Shown: positions 1 to 10,360, counted from the stretch's first letter. The stretch: DNA of 64,000 nucleotides from an uncultured Candidatus Rokubacteria bacterium (GCA_963771355.1 CAVYTA010000005.1:576001-640000), one strand, 5' to 3'. Translations and numbers: made by a program. Notes: a model not told the origin generated them from the sequence alone.

Positions 1-1
1 C

Positions 2-370
2 GCCCGCTGGGGCGTCGCCCGCGTGGTGCACCGGCAGAAGGCCAACGCCGCCACCCCCGCCGCGCCCGAGATCGTGGAGGCGCTGGCGAAGGAGTGCGAC
101 GTCGTCTTCGCCGGCTCCGCCGACTGAGGGTCCTGCACGTCGTGGAGTCTCCACGACACGCTGGAAGTGGCCAGGGCGGGCACGCCCGCCGGTCTCATCT
201 CGACCACGGTGTTCCAGAAGCTCGCGCTCTCGGAGATGGCGGCCCTCGGCGCCACCGCCCTGCCGCTGCTGGTGGTCCAGCATCCGCTCGGTGGTGAGAA
301 GCCGGAAGGCGTGAGTCGCCGCGCCGCGCAGGCGGTGGAGCAGCTGGCGAGCCTCCTGGGCCCGCAGTGA
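2..370 (+). CDS. UGSC-family (seleno)protein, 5'-truncated by window edge; in-frame TGA (125-127) read as selenocysteine
   Basis: Frame 2 reads ...KANAATPAAPEIVEALAKECDVVFAGSAD-TGA-GSCTSWSLHDTLEVARAGTP...; the U-G-S-C redox motif with coding-like sequence on both sides of the TGA. Confidence 0.85.
139..157 (+). promoter_or_regulatory. Candidate bacterial SECIS hairpin
   Basis: GTCGTGGA-GTC-TCCACGAC perfect 8-bp stem beginning 11 nt after the in-frame TGA. Confidence 0.7.
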
Positions 371-1428
371 GTGCGCTCGCGGCGGACCCGCGGGAGCTCG
401 AGCTCGCCGAGGACGAGGTCTACGAGGAATTCGTCAAGCGCGGCTGGTGCGATGGGCTGCCCATCGTGCCGCCCACCCCGGAGCGGGTGGGCGCGATGCT
501 GGCCGCGGCCAAGGCCGATCCCGGGCGCTCGCTGGGGCTGATGCCGCCGCTCTGGCGCGAGTGCACGCTCGAGAAGCTCGCCGTCAACGCGGTGATGGCG
601 GGATGCGAGCCGGCCTACTTCCCCTTCGTCGTGGCCGCCGCGCAGGCCGTGCTCGATCCCGCCTTCAACCTCTACGGCGTGCAGGCGACCACGCATCCGG
701 TCGCGCCGCTCCTCATCGCGAGCGGTCCCCTCGCGCGGCAGATCGGGATGCACTCGGGCTCCGGCCTCTTCGGTCCCGGCTTCCGGGCCAATGCCACCAT
801 CGGCCGCGCCATCCGCCTCGTCCTCATGAACGTGGGCGGGGGATGGCCGGGACGGCATGACATGGCCACTCAGGGCAGCCCGGCGAAGTATTCCTTCGCC
901 ATCGGCGAGATCGAGGAGGGCAGTCCCTGGGAACCGCTTCACGTGGCGCTCGGGTTCTCCCCCGAGCAGAGCGTGGTCACCATGTTCGGCGGCGAGCCGC
1001 CCCACAACGTGAACGATCACGTGGGGACCACCGCCGCCGGCATCCTCAACAACGTGGCGTCGGTGGCCACATCGCTCGGCTCCAATGTCGGCTGGTACAT
1101 GTCGCAGAGCCAGCTCCTGGTGGTGCTCGGCCCCGAGCATGCCGCGACCATCGCCGCCGATGGCTTCACGCGCGCCGACGTCCAGCGCTTCGTCTTCGAG
1201 CATGCCCGGCTGCCGCTGGGCCGGCTCAAGCTGGGCGGCATGTGGGGCATCCACGACTGGCCGCTCTGGATGCACAAGGTCACCGACGAGGCGGCGCTGC
1301 TCCCGCGGGTCCCCTCGGCGGACGACGTGCTGGTCATGGTGGGCGGCGGGCCGGGCAAGCACTCCGCGGTGGTGCCCAACTGCACCTTCAGCCGCGCAGT
1401 GTCGCGCGTGGTGGATCGCGCCGGCTAG
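367..1428 (+). CDS. Conserved hypothetical protein, partner of UGSC-type proteins
   Basis: GTGA overlap with upstream gene; motifs DGLPIVPPT, NAVMAGC, GPGFRANATIGRA, GPEHA, GGGPGKH. Confidence 0.75.
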   Translation: MSALAADPRELELAEDEVYEEFVKRGWCDGLPIVPPTPERVGAMLAAAKADPGRSLGLMPPLWRECTLEKLAVNAVMAGCEPAYFPFVVAAAQAVLDPAFNLYGVQATTHPVAPLLIASGPLARQIGMHSGSGLFGPGFRANATIGRAIRLVLMNVGGGWPGRHDMATQGSPAKYSFAIGEIEEGSPWEPLHVALGFSPEQSVVTMFGGEPPHNVNDHVGTTAAGILNNVASVATSLGSNVGWYMSQSQLLVVLGPEHAATIAADGFTRADVQRFVFEHARLPLGRLKLGGMWGIHDWPLWMHKVTDEAALLPRVPSADDVLVMVGGGPGKHSAVVPNCTFSRAVSRVVDRAG

Positions 1429-1451
1429 CCGCCGGCCGGAGGGAGCCCGCA

Positions 1452-3908
1452 CTGCGCGAGCGCATCCTCTGCTGGACCCTCATCGGGCTGGCGCTCGCCG
1501 TGAGCGTGGTGGCCACGATGGACGCACGGCGCCGGGTGGGCATGACCTATCCGGGCTTCGCCGTGATGGACCAGCTCCTGGTGGCTCCCGGCGGTGCCGA
1601 GAAGGGGGGGCTGGCGCCCTTCGACCTCATCCGCGCCGTCAACGGTCAGCTCGTCACGCGCGGCCACGAGCTTCAAGCCGAGGTTCGCCGGCATCCTGTC
1701 GGCACCCGCTTCCACTACCTGGTGAGCCGGCGGGGGACCCTGCTGGAGGCGGAGATCCCCAGCCGCGCGATCAGCCTGGGGGACTTCAAGCGGTACGTGA
1801 CCGACGGACTCCTTCCCTCTCTCCTCTATCTGGGCCTCGCCGCGGTCGTGCTCGCGCTGAAACCGGGCGTGCCCGAGACGCGCGTCTTCCTCTTCTTCTC
1901 GCTGACGTGGTTCTGCACCGCCGCGCTGTTCCCCGACTCGTGGACGACCTATCGCTTCAGCGCGCTCTTCCTCACCGCGTGGGCCTTCGCGCCGGCCGCC
2001 TACCTCCACATCGCGCTCCGCTTCCCGCGGCCGCGGCGCATCTTGTTCGTCCGGCCCTGGCTCCTGTGGATCGCCTACCTCACCTCGGCGGTGCTGGCGC
2101 TGGCCATCCAGCTGCCGATGAGGAAGATGCCCGCGGCCTGGACCTTCGTCGTGCCGGCGGTGGCGGCCACCTACTGGGCCCTGGCCTTCATCGTCCTGGT
2201 CGCCAGCCTCATCCAGTCGGCGCTATGGGGCGCGACCCCGCTGATGCGGCAGCGCGCCAAGGTGCTCACCGCCGGCTTCGTGGCCGGCCCTCTCCTGCCC
2301 GTGATCGGCACCGCGGTGGAAGCGGTGACGGGGGCGGTGGTGCCGTATCTCGAGCAGATCTGGCGGCTCAACGTCCTCTTCCCCGCCACCGTCGCCTACG
2401 GGATGGTGCGCTACGACCTCTTCGACCTGCGCGCCGCGATCCGGACGGGGACGGTGTACGCCGCCGTCACCGGCCTCGTGGTGGTGGCCTATGCGGGCGC
2501 GATCACCCTGGTGAACGTGACCTTCGCGCGGCTCGGCATGGGCGAATCCCTGCTCTTTCCCGCGGTGGTGGTGGCGCTCGCGGTGGTGCTCTTCCTCAAT
2601 CCGGTGTACCAGCGCACCCAGGGCCTGGTGGATCGCCTCTTCTTCCGGGAGCGACTGGATATCGGGCGGACCATGGAGCAGGTGGCCGATACCATGACCA
2701 CCCTCCTCGACCTCAATCGCATCGTCCTGCTCATCACGGAGACGGTGGACGGTCTGCTCCATCCCAACGGCCACGCGCTGCTGCTCCTCGACGCGGACCG
2801 GAACGTGTATCGGCCGATGGGTGCGGACAGCGCCTCCTACCTGGCGGTGGCCGCCGACGGTCCGCTCGCGCGCGTCCTCGGGCGGCGTCCCGTTCCCCTC
2901 ACGCGCGAGCGGCTCGCGGCGGATCCCGAGTTCGCGGGGCTGAGCGAGACGGCGCTCGCCAGCCTGGATGCCATGGGCGCCACCCTGGTGGTGCCGGTGG
3001 TGTTCCGGGGGAGTGTCCGGGGCATGCTCGCGCTGGGGCCCAAGCGGGCGGGCACCGCCTACACCACCGAGGACCTCCGGCTCGCCCGCCACCTCGTCAA
3101 CCAGAGCGCGGTGGCGCTGGAGAACGCGCGCGCCTACACCGCGCTGGAGGTCGCGCACACCGAGCTCCAGTCCGCGCTTCGCCGCGTGCAGATCCTGGAG
3201 TCCATCCGGACCAACCTCGCCAAGTTCGTTCCGCGCACCGTCCAGGATCTCATCGAGGAGGCGCCGGAGGCGCCCGCGTTCGAGAAGCGCGAGGTGGACG
3301 TCACCGTGCTCTTCGTGGACATCGCCGGGTACACGCGGCTCAGCGAGCGCTTCGACGTGGCGCGCGTGAACGAGCTCGTCGAGCGCTACTTCGGCGCGTT
3401 CCTCGACGAGATCCTCGGGCAGGGGGGCGACGTCAACGAGACGGCGGGCGACGGGCTCATGGTGATCTTCCGCGGACCCGACCCGCGCGATCACGCCCGC
3501 GCGGCGGTGCTCGCCGCGCAGGGCGTGCTGCGGCGGGCGCACGCGATCAACGCGGAGCTCACCGAGCTCAGCGAGCCCATCCGCCTGCACGTGGGAGTGA
3601 ACTCGGGCACGGCGGGGGTGGGCGCCACCAAGATCGAAGGCAGCGCGGGCACGCGCTGGACCTACACCGCCTCCGGCGCGGTGACCAATCTCGCCGCGCG
3701 GCTGGCGGCGCTGAGCGAGGGCGACGCGGTGGTGGTGGGCAGCGAGACCGCGGGGCGGCTCGGCCCGGAGATGGAGCTCGAGGACTGGGGCGAGCGGCAG
3801 TTCCGCAACGTCGAAGAGTCGGTGCGCGTGTTCCGTCTGCTGGTGCCGATCCTGTCCGCACCGTCACTGGACGGGTCGGCTCCCCGGGTTGACGATGGGC
3901 GCGGCTAG
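1452..3908 (+). CDS. Membrane-bound class III adenylate/guanylate cyclase (PDZ-like, multi-TM, GAF, cyclase); start uncertain (CTG 1452, GTG 1500 or ATG 1518)
   Basis: PDZ-like GLAPFDLIRAVNG, many hydrophobic helices, GAF-like GMLALGPKRAGTAYTTEDL, cyclase motifs VLFVDIAGYT, ETAGDGLM, TNLAARL. Confidence 0.85.
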   Translation: MRERILCWTLIGLALAVSVVATMDARRRVGMTYPGFAVMDQLLVAPGGAEKGGLAPFDLIRAVNGQLVTRGHELQAEVRRHPVGTRFHYLVSRRGTLLEAEIPSRAISLGDFKRYVTDGLLPSLLYLGLAAVVLALKPGVPETRVFLFFSLTWFCTAALFPDSWTTYRFSALFLTAWAFAPAAYLHIALRFPRPRRILFVRPWLLWIAYLTSAVLALAIQLPMRKMPAAWTFVVPAVAATYWALAFIVLVASLIQSALWGATPLMRQRAKVLTAGFVAGPLLPVIGTAVEAVTGAVVPYLEQIWRLNVLFPATVAYGMVRYDLFDLRAAIRTGTVYAAVTGLVVVAYAGAITLVNVTFARLGMGESLLFPAVVVALAVVLFLNPVYQRTQGLVDRLFFRERLDIGRTMEQVADTMTTLLDLNRIVLLITETVDGLLHPNGHALLLLDADRNVYRPMGADSASYLAVAADGPLARVLGRRPVPLTRERLAADPEFAGLSETALASLDAMGATLVVPVVFRGSVRGMLALGPKRAGTAYTTEDLRLARHLVNQSAVALENARAYTALEVAHTELQSALRRVQILESIRTNLAKFVPRTVQDLIEEAPEAPAFEKREVDVTVLFVDIAGYTRLSERFDVARVNELVERYFGAFLDEILGQGGDVNETAGDGLMVIFRGPDPRDHARAAVLAAQGVLRRAHAINAELTELSEPIRLHVGVNSGTAGVGATKIEGSAGTRWTYTASGAVTNLAARLAALSEGDAVVVGSETAGRLGPEMELEDWGERQFRNVEESVRVFRLLVPILSAPSLDGSAPRVDDGRG

Positions 3909-4781
3909 CCCGCTCGGACGAGCAAGAGTAGCGCGGCGAGCAGGAGCGTGGCCCCGGCCATCCCCGCCGGCCCGAGGGATTCGCCGAACACCATCACCCC
4001 CAGCGTGGTGGCGGTGAGCGGCTCGAGGAGCGAGGCCACGCCCGCGGTGGTGGCGGGGACGCGCCGGAGCCCGGCGGTGAACAGGATGTACGCGAGCGCG
4101 GTGGGGCCGACGCCGAGGTAGACGAGCAGCGGCCACGCCGCCGCGAGGGGCCGGCTCACCGACGGCTCCGCCAGCAGCACCGGCGTGATCAGGAGCGCGG
4201 CGAGGGTGAAGGTGGCGGCGGCCAAGGGCAGGGGCGCCGCCTGCGCGAGGAGCCGCTTGGTGCCCACCGCGTAGACGGCGTAAGATAGCCCGGCGCCGAG
4301 GGCGAGCAGCGCGCCCAGGCCGGAGCGGCCCGTGACCTCGCCGGGGCCGCGCGGATCGATCACCAGCAGAGCCGTGCCCAGCACGGCCATGCCGAGCGAC
4401 AGGCGCGCGACGCGGGTGAGCCGTTCGCCGAGGAAGAGCGCGGCGAGGAGCGCGATCATCAGCGGCGCGGAGCAGATGGCGAGGAGCGCGGTGACGGCGA
4501 CGCCGGAGAGCGTCACCGCGCGTGAAGTAGCAGACCTGGTAGGCGGCCATGGCGGCGCCCGCGGCGACGAGGGCGAGGGCGTCGCCGCGCGCGGGCGCGA
4601 CGGCGGGACGCGCGCGGAAGAGCGCGGCGGCGGCGAGCAGGCACGGTGCCGCCACCGCCAGCCGCGCCCAGCCGACGAGCAGCGGGCCCGCGCCCGCGTC
4701 GCCGGCGGCGAGCGTCATGGTCGCGCCGGTGGTGCCCCACGAGATCGCGGCGAGCGCGACGAGGAGAAGCCCGATGAGCAT
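3905..4781 (-). pseudogene. EamA/DMT-family transporter with a single-base frameshift near 4520 (possibly sequencing error)
   Basis: MLIGLLLVALAAISWGTTG...AYQVCYFT in one frame continues as AVTLSGVAVTALLAICSAP...EPLTATTLG in another; one extra base in ttcacg(c)gcggtg. Confidence 0.8.
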
Positions 4782-5718
4782 CGAGGCGACAGTATACGGG
4801 AGCGGCGCGGGCGAGCCGGTGGGCTTCATCGGGCTCGGCAACATGGGCGGGCCGATGGCGGGCCGGCTGATGGAGCATGGGTATCCGCTGGTGGTCCACG
4901 ACGCGGCGCCGGCGGCGGCGGAGCCCTTCCTCACCCGCGGCGCGAAGTGGGCGCCCACGCCGGCGGCGCTCGCCGCGCAGGTCCGCACCATCGTGACCAT
5001 CGTGCCCTCGTCGCGGGAGGTCAGAGCAGTCGTCACTGGCCACGATGGCCTTCTCGAGGGGCTGCAGGCGGGAAGCCTGCTCGTGGAGATGACCACGGCG
5101 GATCCCTCGGAGACGCGCGCGATCGCCGCGCTGGTGGCGGCGCGCGGCGCCACCCTCATCGATGCGCCGGTCTCGGGCGGCGTGCGCGGGGCCCGGGCGG
5201 GCACGCTCGCCATCATGGTGGGCGGGGAGACCGCGCTCCTGGAGCGGGCGCGGCCGATGCTGGCCGCCATGGGCGACAAGATCTTCCACGCGGGTCCGGT
5301 CGGTGCCGGGCATGCGATCAAGCTGGTGAACAATACCTGCTCGGCGGTGGCGCTGGTGATGACGGCGGAAGCGGTGGCGGTGGCCGCCAAGGCCGGCGTG
5401 GATCCCGCGCGGGCGGTGGAGATCATCCAGGCCTCCTCCGGCAAGTCGAACGCCACCGAGACCAAGTTTCCCCGTTTCATCCTCAACGGCGCCTTCGACG
5501 CCGGCTTCGCGGTGCGGCTCATGGCCAAGGACCTCGCCGGCTTCGAGCGCCTCGCCCGCGAGACGGGCGTGGACTCGAAGCTGGCCACGACCACGGCGGA
5601 GCTGTACCGGACGGCGATCGAGCGGGGCCTGGGCGAGGAAGACCACACCGCGGTGGTGCGGCTCATCGAGGAATGGACCAATACCCGGCTGCGGGCCGGA
5701 TCGGGAGGAGCGCGATGA
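4774..5718 (+). CDS. NAD(P)-dependent oxidoreductase, 3-hydroxyisobutyrate dehydrogenase family; start uncertain
   Basis: VGFIGLGNMGGPMA, DAPVSGG, GTLAIMVGG, KLVNN, LMAKDL. Confidence 0.9.
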   Translation: MSIEATVYGSGAGEPVGFIGLGNMGGPMAGRLMEHGYPLVVHDAAPAAAEPFLTRGAKWAPTPAALAAQVRTIVTIVPSSREVRAVVTGHDGLLEGLQAGSLLVEMTTADPSETRAIAALVAARGATLIDAPVSGGVRGARAGTLAIMVGGETALLERARPMLAAMGDKIFHAGPVGAGHAIKLVNNTCSAVALVMTAEAVAVAAKAGVDPARAVEIIQASSGKSNATETKFPRFILNGAFDAGFAVRLMAKDLAGFERLARETGVDSKLATTTAELYRTAIERGLGEEDHTAVVRLIEEWTNTRLRAGSGGAR

Positions 5719-6622
5719 CTCGGATCGGCTTCATCGGCGTGGGCACCATGGGGCTGCCCATGGCCGTCAATCTCGTGAAGAAGGGCTTCACCGTCACCGC
5801 GTTCGACATGAACCCGGCGGCGGTGCAGGCGGCGGCGGGCGCGGGCATGGCCGCGGCGGCCTCGGCGGCGGAGGCGGTGGCGGGCGCCGATCTCGTCATC
5901 ACCATGCTGCCCTCCTCGCCGCACGTGGAGTCGGCCTTCACCGGGGACGGCGGCGTGCTGATGGCGGCGAGGAAGGGCACGCTCCTCGTGGACATGTCCA
6001 CCATCGATCCCGCCGTCACCCGGCGCCTCGCCGCGGCGGCGGCGGAGCGCGGCCTGCGCTTCGTGGACGCGCCGGTGTCGGGAGGCGTGCCCCGCGCCAC
6101 CGACGGCACGCTCGCCATCATGGTGGGCGGCGCGCCGGCCGACTTCGAGGCGGCGCGCCCCGCGCTGGCCGCCATGGGCGCCAACGTCATCCACGTGGGG
6201 CCGGTGGGCAGCGGCGAGGTGGCGAAGCTCTGCAACAACCTCATCGCGGGCGTGGCGGCGGTGGCGGTGAGCGAGGCGTTCCGGATCGCGGAGGGCTTCG
6301 GCGTGGACCCCAAGGTCATGACCGAGGTGATCTCCAAGTCCTCCGGCAACACCTGGGTGATGGAGCACATGCATCCGGTGCCCGGCCTGGTGGCGCGCTC
6401 GGCCTCGACCAATGAGCTACCGGCCCGGATTCATGACCGACCTGATGTGCAAGGACGTCGGGTCTCGCGGTGGACGCGGCCCGCGGGCTGCGCATCCCGC
6501 TCTTCGTGGCGCCGGCCGCGCAGCAGGTGTACCGGCTCGCCTCCTCGCACGGCCTGGGACGCAAGGACTTCACCAGCGTCTACACCTTTCTCAAGCCGTC
6601 GGCGGAGAACGCGCCCGTCTAG
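5715..6622 (+). pseudogene. mmsB: 3-hydroxyisobutyrate dehydrogenase with two single-base frameshifts (~6416, ~6461; possibly sequencing errors)
   Basis: MTRIGFIGVGTMG, DAPVSGG, AKLCNN, SSGNTW..EHMHPVPG; C-terminus YRPGFMTDLMCKDVG / LAVDAARGLRIPLFV...KDFTSVYTFL lies in successive frames and ends at TAG 6620-6622. Confidence 0.8.
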
Positions 6623-6679
6623 CCGCCGGGGGGCTCCCGCTCGCGATCCGGGTGGTAGGATAGGTGGTGGAGCCCCCTG

Positions 6680-9600
6680 GTGATTCGCCGCCGTCCGATT
6701 CTCATCGCCGCCGCCATCCTCGTCGTCGCGATGGTGAGCGTCGGACTCTGGCACCTCCCCGAGCTCGTGCGCCGGGTGGCGGTGGATCAGATCGTCAAGA
6801 TCACCGGTCGTCAGGTCACCATCGAGGACGTGGATCTCAACCTCTTCACCGGTTCCATCGCGGTGAAGGGCTTCCGCCTGGCGGAGCGGGAGGGGCCCGA
6901 GCCCTTCATGCAGTTCGCGCGGCTGGACGCACGGCTATTCCTGCCCGCTCTGGTGCTGCTCGACATTCGCCTCAGCCAGGTGGGCCTCACCGGCTTCACC
7001 GCGCGCGTCATCCGCACCGGCGAGACCGAGTTCAACTTCTCCGACATCCTCGCTCATCTGCCCCGGACCGAGCCCGCCGACGCGAGGCCGAGCCGCTTCA
7101 CCGTCACGCTCGACCGGATCGCGCTCGCGCGCTCCCGGGTGCAGATCGTGGACCGCTCCGTGACGCCGGCGGCGGACTGGTCGCTGCAGAGCCTCGACGC
7201 CGAGGCGCACTCGGTCACCACGCGCGAGAAGACCCCCGGCCGGGCCATGCTGCGCCTGCGCTCCGGCGAGGCGAGCGTCGAGCTCGACAAGGCCGTATTC
7301 CAGCTCTCGCCGCTGGCGGCGTCACTCACCGTGAAGGTGGCCGGCTTCGATCTCACGCGGGTGATCCCGTATATCCAGAATCCCGAGGTCGCCCTCGAGA
7401 GCGGCGTGCTCAGCGCCACCATCGACGGCTCCTTCCGGAGGGTGGGCGGCAAGGTGGAGGAGCTCCGGGCCGGCGGTGAGATCGGGCTGGAGCGCTTCGC
7501 GTTGAGCCACAGCCAGACGCCCGGGCGATCCATCGCGATCGCGCGGCTCGGAGTGGGAATCGCGAAGGTCGACGCGCTCGCCCGCACGGCGGTGATTTCC
7601 AGCGTGGCGATCGAGGGCGCGGATATCGGCGCGGTGCGACACGCGTCGGGCCGGATCGACATTCTCGAGGCCCTCGCCCGCTTGATCGAGCAGCGTGCCG
7701 CCGAGGAACGGGAGCGGCTGGCGCGGGGTCGGGCGGGGGCGCCCGTTGACGCGCCGGCGACACCCGGAGCCGCGACGACGCCCGAATGGCGCGTGCGCGT
7801 GGAGCGAATCACCGTGGCCGGCAGTCGCCTGCAGCTGCTGGACGAGGTGGTGTCGCCGGCCGCCCAGTGGCGGCTCGAGGATCTCGCCGGCACTCTCACC
7901 GGACTCTCCAACTCGGGTGACGAGGCGCCGGCGGTCGGCGGCGTCAAGGGGCAGCTGAGTGGGCCGGGCGAGGGACGGCTCTCGGCCCTCGCGGTGGAGC
8001 TGACGCGGTTGCGGGTGGCGCCGCCGCTGGCCGCACTCGCGCGCGTCACGCTCACGGATCTCGACGTTGCCGCGTTCAATGCTTACATGCCGTCGAATGT
8101 GCCCGACCTCCGCGCCGCCGGCCTCTTCTCCACCGAGCTGGAGCTGGAGGTGGCCCGGCAGGAGGGGACCACCGACCTCGCGGTGGCCACCGCCGCGGGC
8201 TCGGTCCGCATCTCCGATCTCGTCCTGGCCCGCCGCGGAGTGGCCGAGCCCATCGTCAACCTGGACAAGCTGACGCTCGCCATCACCAAGGCGGACCTGG
8301 TGACACGCAAGGTAGTGCTCGGCACGCTCGCGATCGACGAGATCGAGGCCCGGGTCACGCGGGACCCGGACGGAAAGCTGGATGTGGTGAGCCTGCTCGA
8401 GGAGGCGAAAGCACGGCGCGCGGTAGCGCCGGTTTCCCCCGTTGCCATCGCGGCACCCGCTGCCGCGCCGCCACCTCCCTGGAGCGTATCGCTCGATCGA
8501 TTCACGCTCAAGCACGGCGGCGGCACCTGGAACGACCTCGCGGTGACACCCGCGACCGTGCTCACGGTGAGTGACATCTCCGTCACCGCTCGCCGGCTGC
8601 TCTGGCCGACGGTGGGCAACCCCGGCACCCGTCCGGGAACTCTTCGGATCACGGCGGGGCTGCCCGGAGGCGGACTGTTCCTGGTGGAGGTGCGAGCGTC
8701 GTTCGAGCCGCTCGATCTGACCTTCAAGATCTCTATGCTGGACGCGCCGATCGAGCCCTACCAGACGTACATGCCGTTCCCGGCGCAGTTCAAGGGCCTG
8801 TTCAGCGGGGACAGCAACAATCACGTGAAGATCGAGAACGGCAAGCTGATGGCCGCCTCCCAGGGCAATGGCTATGCCAAGCACATCGAGGTGCGCGAGC
8901 CCGGCGCCGAGAACCCCGCCTTCACCCTCGAGCGGATGGAGATTCGCGGGGTGGACTTCTCCTGGCCGAACTACGCCTTCGTGAACCTGGTGAGCCTCCT
9001 GCGTCCCGAGATCCGCGTCGAGCGCGCGGGGGACGGCACCCTCAATCTCCGACGGATGTTCGAGCCCAAGCGCGTGGTCGGGGAAAAGACGGAGCGGGAG
9101 AGGAAGGAAGAGCAAGAGAAGAAGGAAGAGGAAGAGAGGAAGGCGGTGCGGGGCGCGGCGGAAGAAAAGAAGCCCGGGCTCATGGAGTCCATAGTGCTGG
9201 ACTTCGACCGGATCGTGATCGAGGAAGGATACACCCGCTTCCTCGACCAGACCACCAAGCCCCCCTTCTCGCAGGACATCGGACATCTCGCGCTCACCGT
9301 CCGCAACCTCTCCAATACCCGCGACGGGCGCCGGTCCACCTTGGCCCTGCAAGGCATCGTGGGGGGCGACGCCGCGCTGGAAATGCGGGGAGAGCTCTCC
9401 CGCCTGGGGGAAGACCTCTTCGCCGACCTGGTGGGCGAGCTTCGCGACTTCAGCGTGGCCAGCGCCAATCCCTACGCGGAGAGCATGCTGGCGTGGGGCG
9501 TGAAGGAGGGCAAGCTGGGCCTGCGCATGCACTACCGCGTCGAGCACGGCCGCGTCACCGGCGACAACGAGATCGTGGTGAAGAATCTCCAGGTGGCCAA

Positions 9601-10360
9601 GGGGCCGGAGTCCGACGAGGTGCAGAAGCGCGTGGGCCTGCCGCTGGGCCTCATCGTCGCCGTGCTCAAGGATTCGCAGGGCGACATCTCGTTGCAGGTT
9701 CCGGTCTCGGGCACGCTCTCGGACCGGAAGCTGGACTGGGGTGAGACCATCTGGACGGCGGTGAAGCAAGTGCTCGTCAAGGCCGTCGCCTCGCCCTTCA
9801 ACGCCATCGGGCGGCTCTTCACCGGCGGCGGCGACGGCGACGGCGATGGAAAAGATGACGGAAAGGTGGAGGAGGTCAAGGTGGATCCGGTGATCTTCCC
9901 CGCGGGGTCGAGCGTCATCGGGCCCGCCATGGAGGGGCATCTCGACCGGGTAGGCGAGTTCCTGCGCAAGGCGCCATTCGTGAACCTCACGCTGGTGCCG
10001 GTGGCCACCGCAAAGGACCTCGAGAGCCTCAAGGCGCAGGAGCTCACCGCGAAGATCCAGCGCATCCAGCGGGAGCGCGGAGTCGCCAACTATGCGCGCG
10101 CGGTGGGCATCTACTACCGCGATCAAAGCATCGAGGGCCCCGTTCCCGCCACCGCCGAGGAGCAGCTGGTGGTCCTCCAGGCGCGGGAGAAGGTGTCCGA
10201 GATGCGCGTGAAGGAGATGCTCGATCGGCGCGCCGGCGCCACGCGGGAGCTGCTCATGAAGGCGGAGGGCATTCCCGCCGAGCGGCTCCGTCCCGGCGAG
10301 GCTCGTACGGTGCCCGCCGAGCCCACCGACGGGCGCGTGGAGTTCGCGATCACCGAGTAG
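6680..10360 (+). CDS. Large DUF748-domain envelope protein (repeated DUF748-like units, OmpA-like C-terminal region)
   Basis: N-terminal TM, GRQVTIEDVDLNLFTG, FNFSDIL, GLPLGLIVAVLKDSQGDISLQVPVSG, KAVASPF, RVEFAITE. Confidence 0.8.
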   Translation: MIRRRPILIAAAILVVAMVSVGLWHLPELVRRVAVDQIVKITGRQVTIEDVDLNLFTGSIAVKGFRLAEREGPEPFMQFARLDARLFLPALVLLDIRLSQVGLTGFTARVIRTGETEFNFSDILAHLPRTEPADARPSRFTVTLDRIALARSRVQIVDRSVTPAADWSLQSLDAEAHSVTTREKTPGRAMLRLRSGEASVELDKAVFQLSPLAASLTVKVAGFDLTRVIPYIQNPEVALESGVLSATIDGSFRRVGGKVEELRAGGEIGLERFALSHSQTPGRSIAIARLGVGIAKVDALARTAVISSVAIEGADIGAVRHASGRIDILEALARLIEQRAAEERERLARGRAGAPVDAPATPGAATTPEWRVRVERITVAGSRLQLLDEVVSPAAQWRLEDLAGTLTGLSNSGDEAPAVGGVKGQLSGPGEGRLSALAVELTRLRVAPPLAALARVTLTDLDVAAFNAYMPSNVPDLRAAGLFSTELELEVARQEGTTDLAVATAAGSVRISDLVLARRGVAEPIVNLDKLTLAITKADLVTRKVVLGTLAIDEIEARVTRDPDGKLDVVSLLEEAKARRAVAPVSPVAIAAPAAAPPPPWSVSLDRFTLKHGGGTWNDLAVTPATVLTVSDISVTARRLLWPTVGNPGTRPGTLRITAGLPGGGLFLVEVRASFEPLDLTFKISMLDAPIEPYQTYMPFPAQFKGLFSGDSNNHVKIENGKLMAASQGNGYAKHIEVREPGAENPAFTLERMEIRGVDFSWPNYAFVNLVSLLRPEIRVERAGDGTLNLRRMFEPKRVVGEKTERERKEEQEKKEEEERKAVRGAAEEKKPGLMESIVLDFDRIVIEEGYTRFLDQTTKPPFSQDIGHLALTVRNLSNTRDGRRSTLALQGIVGGDAALEMRGELSRLGEDLFADLVGELRDFSVASANPYAESMLAWGVKEGKLGLRMHYRVEHGRVTGDNEIVVKNLQVAKGPESDEVQKRVGLPLGLIVAVLKDSQGDISLQVPVSGTLSDRKLDWGETIWTAVKQVLVKAVASPFNAIGRLFTGGGDGDGDGKDDGKVEEVKVDPVIFPAGSSVIGPAMEGHLDRVGEFLRKAPFVNLTLVPVATAKDLESLKAQELTAKIQRIQRERGVANYARAVGIYYRDQSIEGPVPATAEEQLVVLQAREKVSEMRVKEMLDRRAGATRELLMKAEGIPAERLRPGEARTVPAEPTDGRVEFAITE

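Noticed and set aside
6405..6470. Programmed ribosomal frameshifting in mmsB
   Set aside because: No slippery heptamer, and two successive shifts would be needed; error or mutation is more likely
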